This document shows positions 35,746-46,509 of a DNA stretch of 51,086 nucleotides, piece after piece. The position numbers and the translations under genes were made by a program. The first letter of the stretch is position 1, and each line of letters starts with the position of its first letter. Origin of the DNA: Klebsormidium nitens (taxonomy: Eukaryota; Plantae; Klebsormidiophyceae). The notes below the pieces were generated by a model. It was not told where the DNA came from. It saw only the letters and a list, made by a program, of their open reading frames with translations, and did no database searches. Location of the stretch: contig DF237566.1 in assembly GCA_000708835.1 (NCBI GenBank), positions 1 through 51,086 of the forward strand. The letters run 5' to 3'.

Positions 35746-38605
35746 ATGGAAGGGGGCAGGACGGAGGAGCTTTCAACTTTGCAGCATTCTGATGAGGATA
35801 TTTTCCAGGGAATGCAGCCCGCGCCAGGTGTGCCTCAAGAAAAGCTTGCAGCACCTCTTCCTTGTTTGTGAGCAGGTTCTTGTGAAGTCCACGACTTGTC
35901 CGTTTCTGAGCTTGAATACGACCGGATTTGGTCTCATGTCCTCACATTTTAATGTAGCAATGCAACTTCACTGTGATTCTGACTTAGTTGCCTCAAGGGT
36001 TGTGAGATTCAAGGTTTTGTAACACATGCTGTCTTGGTGGAGTTTCTGTCTTGATCTGAAGACCATTTGGCTCAGAGATGAACCCAGGAGGTCCTTACAC
36101 TGATTCTAGGTGTTGCAGCCCTGTACTCTTTCATGGTAAGGGTTTCAAGGCCTTTCGAAAAGACCTGATTCTCTCAAGGACCAGCAAGGCAGGCTGTGCA
36201 TTTGCTGCTCTGTATCCTTCTATTGCTTCTTGTAATCCATCACTGAAGCCTTCTGTTTCTTTCAATCATCTTGATTGTAAGCTGTGGCAGGCATATATCA
36301 AGAGTCTGATGTAAGCAGTGGCAGGCAAAGATCAAGAATCTGATGTTGAACTGCAGTGATTGAGAGTTGTTAGCTTGATCAGCTGCGGGAAGCTGGTGTG
36401 TCGAGTTTGAAACCCAATAAGCACCAAGCTTGAATTCCATGGCCCCAATGTTGCATCATGCTCACAAGGTATGAAAAGATACATTGAATCCAGTCTCGCT
36501 GAGGGACACTTTCTGTTATTGCACTTCAATGAGTTCTACATATTGGCACCAAAGGCATTTCCTCGTCATTACAGGGCCTTGCATCATTCTGCCTCACTTC
36601 TCATCCGACCGGCCTTTGACAGATCCAGTAAAAAGCTGAGGGAGGGGCTTGTCAGTTCTGTGGGTCACGGTATCAACCTTCGCCTACTAACCTTGAGATA
36701 TCGTGCTACCAGCTACTTACAGAATACCTTTGAACGCTAACTCCCCAGTTCTTCTGCCAGACCTTGATTTCCTGGGGGGCCACTCCCACGACCAGAGCGT
36801 GGATGACTACATTGAGGAGCTGCTGAACGGGACGCTGGCCTGCACACATACGCACGTGTGCAACCCCCCTGGGCCCGACCTGGAGCACACCCACAGCTGC
36901 CAGCACACGCACACGCGCCTGCTCACCCCGCTCCTGCCGGCGGAGAGCGAGGCGGAGGACCAGAAGAGCAGCGAGAAGGGCAGCGAGGGGGCGAGCAGGA
37001 AGAGGAAACCCATTCCCCCGGCCAGTGAGTGATGCACCGGCAGGGCGGCAGTGAGTGCTAGGGGAGGCTAATAGTTCTGATGACCTGGAACTCCCCGTCC
37101 TTTGAGGTTCTCCTCAGACACACTGGAGTTTTCAACTACTTTTCCAGAGCCCCCTGATCAACCTTTTTTGAATCAGGGACATGCATCAGGGGCTGTCCAA
37201 GAGGTACCACTTTTGCAGAAGTTGGCATGGATGAACAAGGAGCCTGGCCTGAAACACCCCCAGGCTTTGATACAGTCGAACAATGGAGTACAGGAGTGCC
37301 CACTTCAAAATCGAATGTCGAATGCCAATGGAAGCGACCTCGAGCGTAGTAACCACCACACCTCTGATGAACCATGTAAAGTGCCCTCTTGCATGACCGA
37401 GCAACAACTTGAGATCCCAGTTCAGACTCCTCAACTAGAAAACGGCGATGCACAGAAGCTGCAGATGATGCCGAGGATCTACCAGACCTAGCCCCAACTC
37501 AAAGCTGAGCCCATGTGTTGTGCAGACAACCGTGAGGCGGTGCGCAAGTACCGCGAGCGCAAGAAGGCGCGCACCGAGTACCTGGAGGGCGAGGTGGCGC
37601 GCCTGCAGGCCATCAATGGGCAGCTTGTGAAGCGGCTGCAGGGGCAGACGGCCATGGCTGCCGAGCTGCGCCGCCTGCGTGGCCTCCTCTCCGACCTGCA
37701 GCGCACGCTCAATCGCGAGCTGGCGCCATCACCGGGGCTGGGGCCCCTCCCGCATCCAGGTGAGAGGAGCACCGCAGTCCCTTGGAGTGTATTCAGTTCT
37801 TTGAGGTGCAGTAGAGCCAGTTAGGGCGTTCGGAGGGCATCAAGTCCTGCTGGGGTAGTACTGGCGCCCACAGGCTGTCCCCAGCATTCGTGCTCCATTA
37901 TTGAGCGACCTGTAGAATCGCATAGTCCCGTTACCTGTGTTCTGTTGAAGGTTGAGGGCGAGACGGTAGAAGGAGGGTTTGGTGTTCTTGACTGGAGCCA
38001 GGGGCTTGAGGCTGTAGGTAGGGTCGAAGTCGGGCCTGACAGCCGCCCTCCGCTCGGGGCCATAATAGGCATCGGCTGTTAGATCCTAAAGCCGCTCTCA
38101 CGATATTTCGCCAATTGAAGGAAATTAGGATCTATATTCCAGTGAACCGGTTGAGTTGAATCCTCTGCTGAATCGAGGCATGATCCGGTAATCTCGCTAT
38201 AAAAGTTATGTCAGACAATATTGAACGAGCAGGGTTTGAAAATGGTTTTTATCCAAGTGCGTGTAGATCTTTCCCTTGTTCTCACGTTTTCTTGGCGACG
38301 GTAGGGCCTGACGAGGCCAATCCGCCTCGTCCGGATCATCACCACATGTTTTTCTCCTCTTGGCAGGTGCCGCCCTGGCCCCTCCCGACTTCTTCACCAC
38401 CTCCGTGGAGGTCCCCTGCCACCAGGACATCGGCTGCCTCCACCAGCCGTACCCCAGCAAGCGGCTGCACGCGCCTGGGGCCCGCCGCCCGGAGGACCCT
38501 CCCGGCCTCGTGATACAGACGGATATCAGTCATGTCCTTGGCCCAAACGGCAACCCACTAAGCCCGGCTGTCATCCGCGGACGGGCATGCAAGCCAGACG
38601 GGTGA
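35746..38605 (+). CDS. Group F bZIP transcription factor (bZIP19/bZIP23-like zinc-deficiency sensor), 4 exons
   Basis: Cys/His motifs CTHTHVCNPPGP and HTHSCQHTHT, basic region NREAVRKYRERKKA, leucine zipper, and C-terminal CHQDIGCLH. Splice phases are compatible (36761-37024, 37526-37759, final exon to 38605); the first exon is less certain. Confidence 0.9.
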
Positions 38606-40508
38606 CGTGTATCTGAGAAGACACGGAAAGTGCCATCCAGGTCAACATGATTGTCATACGAAGCTTGCGCTTCGCTGCAGTCGGAATTGTAGAAAGCAAT
38701 CGATCCCTAGAGCTGCAGTTGTCCCGTACATGTTTTTGCGGCAACTACAGCTCTTAGAGATAGGTACAGGTTGTAGGACGAAAGCTGACTGTAGATTTAG
38801 TCCCTGATGCGTATAGTACTGCAAGCTAAGCAATGTGAACACGTGGTCCCTTCGACCAGGTCGAGCGAGCAAACCTCTTGCTGTTGTAGTGTATATGATG
38901 GTTAAATTGACCATTTAGTAACCGCAACTCATTGGCAGACTTGATTGACAAAATCAATCGTTGGATTGTCAAAGGTGGATTGCACAACTTCCTTCTAATG
39001 CAGATTTTGTGGGGCTTGGTGTATATCGCATGGCCGCCATGACTCATGGATGCCAAAATTCCGCGTCTGGCGGCATGCCATGTGCGCGGGCGCGTGACCT
39101 TACACTTAGTGTCGGACAGAGCGCTTACTTTGTACATGACACAAAAATTATGGGCGGGACACCATGTGTATCACATGCAAGATGATAACTTGTATATGCA
39201 GAGCGCGAGCCTTTTGTTCATTGAAGCTGCATGTATGCAAGATACTAGCCTGCTCCGTTCAATAGCGGCCAGGGGCCGCCCCCTCCAATTATTGCGCACG
39301 ATCAGCCTGCTGATATGGTGGCCGGCCCCTGCAAGCGTACTAAACAACTGCAGCAGTGCGCGAGGGGCTTTGCATGTAATACTAAAGTTACCTGAATATT
39401 TGGATATGCCTGGCCGATCCCCGCGGCCCCATCATTGCATGGCTCAACGTGCACCGGCTTGATCGAGCCTGAGGGCACGGTATATCATTGGCATGATGAT
39501 CCTACAATAAGGCTTGAACCTTACATCACGCATGGTCGTTTTAAAGGTACAAATCTTTTAGTGATAGCCAATATAATAGTGTCTGGCTGGATATCATAGC
39601 ATGTCTCAGTGTATCGCGCGTGGTGACCGCCTGTACTTAGTTTTGTAGCTCGCAGGAATGCCAATCACTTTTGAGTATATGATTGAGGGTTCTCGCATGG
39701 CCGGTGGGCGTCGGACCTTCTGGTCGACATTACCATCAGTACGTTGAACTAGATAAGTTAGCTATAAAGCATGGCATGCGAGCTCAGTGCCACAAAGTTG
39801 AGGCACAGTGTAGCTAATATATGCAAGCCAACTGCGACGGATGTTCCGCGGACGATTCACGAGAGCAGTGGATCACGAAGCATCCGTCTGCGGAACGTCG
39901 GTCAGGGCGGCCAGTGGTAGGTACGATCAATGCGTCCCCGCTCACACGAGGCGGCCGCGGGCTATTCATTGGCGGCTATGCACTGTCAACAAAGTGCTGG
40001 CAAGACCCTTTTTCAATCGACCAGATTGAGTGCTCTTATGCACTCATTTAAAAATACATGCCAAGGTCCAGCCAAACTGATGTAGCGGAGTCTGTTCTGT
40101 TCAAACCAATCCCGTGTACTTGCTCGAGGCTGAACGGTTATCTTCAAAAGTTGGGCTGACTCACAAGTCTTATGATCGATCAGTCCCCAGGATGGGTGTC
40201 CTGTGCCGAATCTTGAGTGCGGCTTAGGAACAGTCCAGCCGAAGCCCGAAAAGTATCGTTCCCAATACTAGTTCTCGCACTTAGAGCACTCTACTTGAGA
40301 TTGCAATGCCTCCTTCCGCTGTCGCTACTGAAGATTAAGGGTGGCAGATACTTACAATTTGGGACGATCAAACCTATCCTTGAGCCACTTACATATTTAA
40401 TGCACTTCGAACGAGCACTCGGTCGAAGTGAGTTGCGAACCTCTGCGTGCAAAAATAAGAAAGACAAGCAAATGGCAATCCGTATGGATACAGATGTCAC
40501 AGCACGCA

Positions 40509-43500
40509 CTAGCCATGGTCTTCCAGGCCGGCCTCGTCCTCGGCGACCAGCTCGCAGAGCGCGCGGACGTCCATCGCGTGCGGACACGACGCCACGATGC
40601 CACGCGCCTCCTGGAGCGGCGTCAGGATCTGCAGACGTGACACGTTGATGACTTCAGCCTGCCAGCAACGAGCTTTGGGAGGCGTGACAGACGGACTGCA
40701 AAGTCCAATGGGAACCACATGCAGTCACGGACAAGGTCCGAAATGCAAGCTGCTTCAAAGCTGTGTTGCCGGAGCGTTCGCAGCAGCCGGCAGCAGTGGC
40801 TGAGGGGCACTTGCCGCGCATCGGAAGTCCCGCTTGCACGCCAGCACGGCGCGCTTCTCGTGCTCCAGGTTCAGCGCGAGCCGCTTGGCCTCGTGGGAGG
40901 CGTACACGAGGCCCGGGTTCTCGAGCAGCGTCTTGGAGTACGTGGGCAGCGAGCTCTGCACCCGGAGGCAGGGACGATCGGTCAGGGCTGGCGGTTCGTC
41001 AAGCTCAAGATATACTGACGCACAGGGCAATCAGGGTCCCGTCCTGCGAACCGCGATAGTCGACCCGCCGAAAGCTAGGGGTCCCAAAACTCGCAGCGGA
41101 GCTCCGAGCATGCACTCAGAAGGCAGGAAGCAAATAAAGGGCATTTAGGGCCGCCTCCCTCGCGACCCTTCCAAGAGAGCTCTCAGTGACAAAATTCGAT
41201 CGTCCACTCGCATCTCCAGTGCCACACGAACAAGCCCTGGAGGGCCAGCACGGGCGCCTTGCACGCGTGCCCGGCGGTGCGCGTACTTGCAGGGAGGCGA
41301 GGATATCGCGGCGCTCCTGCAGCAGCTCTTCGCAGCGCGCCACCAGCTGGCAGTGGATCGCTAGCACCGCCTGCTGCTGCTCGCCGCTCAGGCCCAGTGC
41401 GCGCTGCACACAATGAGGAGTGATGAGCCATAGGCGGTGGTGAGGATGAAATGGATCATAATGTGCGCCTAAGGACCCACAAAGAAACTCGCCCAAAGTC
41501 CAGAACCATCAGGGTGTTGGCCACGAGCGAGTCAAGCGGGTTCAAGGAGGCCTAGAATACATACTACTGCGCCGTAGCTACATAGCGCCTATACAATGAG
41601 GCTAGGAAGGCGTCATGCGACCTTGGAAGCCCCCACAGTGCTTGCCACATGTTGAGATGGCGCTTCTATGAGCACCATCGGAAGGTCAACGCTGTGCTTG
41701 AATCGGTCGAACAGGCATTTGCAAAAGAGCGTCCAACCCTGCCCTCGGGTAATCTTTCTTTTGAGGAAGGTGACGGACGTGCGCACATGTCCTCTCGAGT
41801 ACACAGCTTCCGCCTCACCAGCACCTTCGCCCAATATTCCCGTGTAGGCACCTCAGTCGCTTCTTCCTTGATTTGCCCCCAGGCAGCGGTGGCCAGCGCA
41901 GCGAAGCGGGGGTCGTCCGGGACAAAGGGCAACGAGTGGCTCCGCTGCGAGGAACAAAAGGAAAGCCGTGACGAGAGCATCAGTGCGAGACGCTCCACAA
42001 TGACCCAATTGTCACCAGTCAATGCGACTATATCGAGGATCTGCTGGTGGCGAGGTTGCAGAGTAAAAGGATGTCCTGAGTTACGATCATCAGGCCATTG
42101 ACTTGCCCCTTTGGCATCAAACCAAGCGGACAAGGAACACTTGTCGGCGGGTCGTAGAAAGAGTTCTGAAAAGGACGTCTGCACTTCGTCTACTCTATGC
42201 CACACCTATCGTGCTTTCAAATCGTGCCCCCTACCTGCGCCAGAATAAGCTCCTCCAGCTGCCTGTACGCCAGGGACTCGGGGTCGTCCGCCCCGTCCTC
42301 CAGGAAGCCCCGCAGCTTGCCAGTGTACACCTGCAGGCATGGAACACCGCGTCGCAAGCGGCCACGAGCTGACCTCCGCAAACAACACCCTTGCCTACAC
42401 GTCACCCAATGACAGATTCTGTCGAATGGCGCAACGGTTCAGGGGAAACCACCTTCGTCATCTCTATACAACTAGATCATCGAATTGAGAAGTCCTGTAA
42501 TCTATCAGCAGGCTGATCCCCCATATCAAGAAGGCACGACTGTCCCACACACTTTTTTGATGGGCACATGCGAGAGATACATTAATGAGGCCTTACCTTC
42601 CAGAATCGCACAAAGTCGTCGACAGTGATGTCGCTAAAGTATCCTGTCGTAATTTTATGAGCCTCTTCCGGAAGGACGAGAGTATAGAAGTGGCGCACCG
42701 CCTCAAAGCCAGATTCATCTGATGCACCTTCCATTGCCTGCATTTTCCAATCTTCGAACTTGGTCATATTCAACGGCAGGCCAGTGAAATGGACGCTTTG
42801 TTGGGTCTCCCACCAATTGATTCAGAGTGGGCAAGCAAGCCGATCGCTCTACTGTAGTGCTCAGGGGCATGCGCAACTTTACTCCTCAGGTGACTAAAGC
42901 ACACCCAATTGGTCTACCCATCACAATGCCGCGAGGAGGTGCTGATACGACTCCATAACATGCGTGCTCGCCCCCGTCCTCCTTGGCTGGTCAGCCTGCG
43001 GCTCACCTTGCCCTCTGCGTCCAGTGGGGGCGACAGCAGTTCCGAGGTGGACCTCCATACTTTCCTCAACATCTTGTTGCGGGTCTCTAAGTCTAGTTTC
43101 TCCTGCTCCAGTTGCTGCACCCGCAGGTTCAGTTCCTCCAGGCTGGAACTGATGCTCTGTATCACTTTCTGTAGCCACAACAAGGGAACTGCATGGCTGT
43201 TGCTCTTAAAGTCCTCAATTTGCCCAGGCAGACTCTACGGAATACTCGAAAGAAGCATCGCATTCTTTTGATAAAATCCTTGTTGGTGGCCGCTGATACA
43301 GTGTAAACATCGCCACAGGATTTGACGGTGGCCAGTGGTGGAAGGGTAAATGGCTTTGCAGATAGCGATGGAAGCCTCATCATAATAAAAGAGGTTTCAA
43401 TGTAACATTGTCCAATGGGTTCCACCAATTGCTGCAACATGAGAGCTCTGAGGACTACCGCCATTCCAGATAGAAGCAACCGCACCTTCTGCTTGTTTCT

Positions 43501-43962
43501 GTACGTCTGCTGCGCCCTCCGGTTCTTTTCCCTCAGCTTCTGTTTCTTGACATCCGCCAGAGCCGCAGCCTTGTTGATCCGCCCCTTCATCTTGTCCGAC
43601 TCCAGGCTACTGCTTGCTGTTCGTGTCCGAGAGCCGCCTGAATCCCCTGGAAGTTCGAGGGAGCTTGGCGTGGCGACGCCCTCCCCAAACATTGACGCCG
43701 ACGATGTGGGCGACGAAGTTTTGAGATATGGGCAGGCAACTTCTGCGGGCAGTGTCAGTGACGCAGCATCAAAGTGCCCATCGGCAGCTGCTGCGAAGGT
43801 GTCCGCTGGGACAGGCAGGAATGCCGGGTGACCGTCAGGCTCCGGCTTGGAGGGCAGGAGCTGGTCCAGGGACGGGGCTTCTGTCTCAGCAAATGCAGCC
43901 AAGAATGTGGCCACTCCCTCCTGCCAGTCTGCGGGCAGCTCAATGTCAGCGTCGCTGTCCAT
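40509..43962 (-). CDS. bZIP transcription factor with a long helical C-terminal region, multi-exon
   Basis: Basic region KLREKNRRAQQTYRNKQK spliced to the zipper ISSSLEELNLRVQQLEQEKLDLETRNKML. Downstream exons read ITVDDFVRFWK, VYTGKLRGFL, LGLSGEQQQAVL and ILTPLQEARG. Internal exon boundaries are only partly resolved. Confidence 0.82.
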
Positions 43963-44669
43963 TGCAACGAGAAGCCTGTCTCTTCAGAGAGCACCTGTAA
44001 GGACGACAGCGCCGGTCACATATCGCCTGCTCTTGAATTCAAGCCCCTGCGCCCAAAATTTGCAATGCAGACAATCAAATGTACAATGCTGCCCATTGTG
44101 TGCAAGGGGGCGCAAACTTCGAACTTCGAAGTGCATATCAATATTATCATGGGGGTGGGCTCGTGACCGTCCCGCCAACAGGACGTAGCACATGTGGTCG
44201 CAACCGTGCCGCTGCTGGGGACGTACGTGCCTATCGGGTACGTAGCCCCGGGATATCCAAGTTCATTTGAGGGCCGTCGATGAAGAAACCGACGGCATTA
44301 ATCTGGCGTAGTTGCGTCACTGACCAATAAGTCCGGAAATTAAAACTCCGATGAAGACTGTCGGATGCAATGATTGAATGCAAGTCACTCACAAAACTCC
44401 TCGCGACAGTCGAATCGGATCGCGACGGTGGCCGCTCTAGTTGTGCACGACTCGGAAGCTCTGCGGGCCGCGGGGCCGCGTAGGTAGTACGGTACTACGT
44501 GCATGCCACGCGGCAGAGCTCTTCAGCAGGCTGCAGTGAGGCAAAACTATCAAAGCATTTTCCTTTTGTTAGTGTCTCCCCGCCAAATAGGTGTAAAGCA
44601 CACGCAAACACCTGAAGTCATCAAAGTCGTGACTCTGACAGTGGTTACGGGCTGTGGTTAGGACAGTGT

Positions 44670-44712
44670 CAGTGACGCTGACAGTGACGCTGACAGTGAC
44701 ATTGACAGTGAC
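44670..44712. repeat. 12-bp tandem repeat (cagtgacgctga) x3.6
   Basis: Read directly. Confidence 0.85.
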
Positions 44713-45124
44713 CGGGGCTTCACGGTGACATTAGGGTTATGTTGCAAACCTGTGACGGTTCGTGGCAATCGACTAGCGTTTTGTTAGGGTTACGTCATTT
44801 TCCAGTGACATTAGGGTTCCTCACTGACTGTGACAACCGGGCAGAGTCCTTTTGGTTTAGTGTATGTAGCCACTTTCTCTGACCCGGTCCCCATTCGTAC
44901 CGAGTCCGTACCGCATACTGTACGGTAAAATCTGACAACTCTGACAAAATTTTAATCGAAGCCTGAAGGACCAGATCTGGCATTTCATTCCACGCGGACA
45001 CCTTGGGAGCCTATGATCCCGCGTGTGAAACGTTTTCACACTTTTTGAAGCCTGAGACACTCACAAAAGGAGAATGCTTCGTCGTACTTGCTGCAGTGAG
45101 TTCAACACCCTCAACAAATTGACA

Positions 45125-45322
45125 TACCGTAGTGGCACGGGTAATTTCATACGAAAATTATTTTATTTTGTTTTATCAGTTCGCTAACCCGGGTTAAGAC
45201 TAACTTTTAGCCCTTAAACCACCCCCTAACGGGGTGGTTTTGAGCTGAAATAATTTCCGGACTTTTTCGCACCGAGTCCGTCTGAATTATATTTGGTGCG
45301 AATTCCCCGTGCCACTACGGTA
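45125..45322. mobile_element. 198-bp MITE, Tc1/mariner-like, TA-flanked
   Basis: taccgtagtggcacggg(t)aatt at the left and aatt(c)cccgtgccactacggta at the right: 22-bp inverted match with 1 mismatch, including the outer TA. AT-rich non-coding interior. Confidence 0.8.
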
Positions 45323-45402
45323 GCTCTAGCTGCTGGCATGCTCATGTCAATGATGATGATGCTGCTGTCTGCTGCAGTGATGCCCCAAATCGCAAATCCG
45401 CC

Positions 45403-45800
45403 TTAAAGTGGGCGTTCTGTTCCGCGGAACGCCGGACGCTCAATGAGTACCGGCAGCCGTCGGTGAGGATCCGTCAAAAATTTTACCGCCGATGGGAGCT
45501 CGTCCGAATATCGACGGTCCAATTGCAAGAGAGAGTGACTGAAGTTTGATGCTCGGGTCTCGAAACTGATGACGTATGACCGATTCCAAATCTGCCGACT
45601 TTCCGCAGCGCGATCCACGGTGAGTAACATCCGTAAACATTTGGACTCGGAAGTGCCTTCTTTTTGGACTCCAAGTTTTGCTGAGATTCGAACCCGCGAC
45701 CTGAGGCATTTGGCACGCCGCACTACCACTACGCTACGCTGATTTTCCCCGAGCAAAATTTGTCGGTAATATTACGGCGGGAGGGGCACGCCCACTTTAA
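45403..45800. mobile_element. About 390-bp TTAA-flanked non-autonomous TIR element (Kolobok-like termini)
   Basis: cc-TTAA-agtgggcgt ... acgcccact-TTAA-gg: 9-bp TIR, TTAA on both sides, purine start. The reconstructed empty site is the palindrome CCTTAAGG. Confidence 0.6.
45680..45743 (-). promoter_or_regulatory. tRNA-like segment with Pol III A and B boxes; not an intact tRNA
   Basis: The minus strand reads TAGCGTAGTGG (A box), 31 nt, then GGTTCGAATC (B box), with D-arm-like and anticodon-arm-like stems. The acceptor and T stems do not pair. Confidence 0.6.
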
Positions 45801-46460
45801 GGTATATGATCAGGTAGTTTTCCTCAGGGACCTTCAGATGGGGTTCACCATCTGATCAATGGCACAAAATTTACGGCCCAGATTGCGCGCGCGTGCCGAA
45901 AGGCATATCAACGGCGTCGATAGCAACCGGCACGTCTCACTGCGGGAGAGAACCGTCAATGTGCCGGTACTGTGGACCATGTACCGCAGAGGAATTCTGG
46001 ACCGGGACCCCCTGCTGGATGTGTAGCGCGGAAGTGAATCGGTCCGGGTGCCGAGAGTGTCGATTTAGGGCCCGGGGCGGTCGAGGGGGTTAGCAGTCTG
46101 ACCCATCTCACGCAGAAAACCGCCGGACCGCCGGCCGAATATGTACTATCGAGTGAACCGTTCTGGAAGCTTGCCAACACAGCGCCCGACCACGTAAGCA
46201 GGCTGCTGGCCGTCCGAAAAGGTCTGCCACCCGACCTTTTAAGCAGGCTGTCGGGCGTCCGAGCTGCGGCCCGGAAATCAGGGTATAAAGGGTCAGATAT
46301 TCTCTCATTTATTTCATTCCCAATCGGACCTCTTCCGCATACGAGTCTTTTCCAACCATCTCGCACTCTCAGAACCACCGCCGCTAACCAGCAAGCAGTC
46401 CGACCACCCATCTGGCATCTCCGAGAAGACATGCAACCAACCGGGTCAGGGTTCAGTGTG

Positions 46461-46509
46461 CTATAAGCTATAAGCTATAAGTACACTGTACACTGTACAC
46501 TGTACACTG
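46461..46509. repeat. Compound 7-mer repeat (ctataag)3(tacactg)4
   Basis: Read directly. Confidence 0.9.

Noticed and set aside
45680-45743. Functional tRNA gene
   Set aside because: The acceptor stem is unpaired, the T stem is mismatched and the anticodon loop has only 5 nt.
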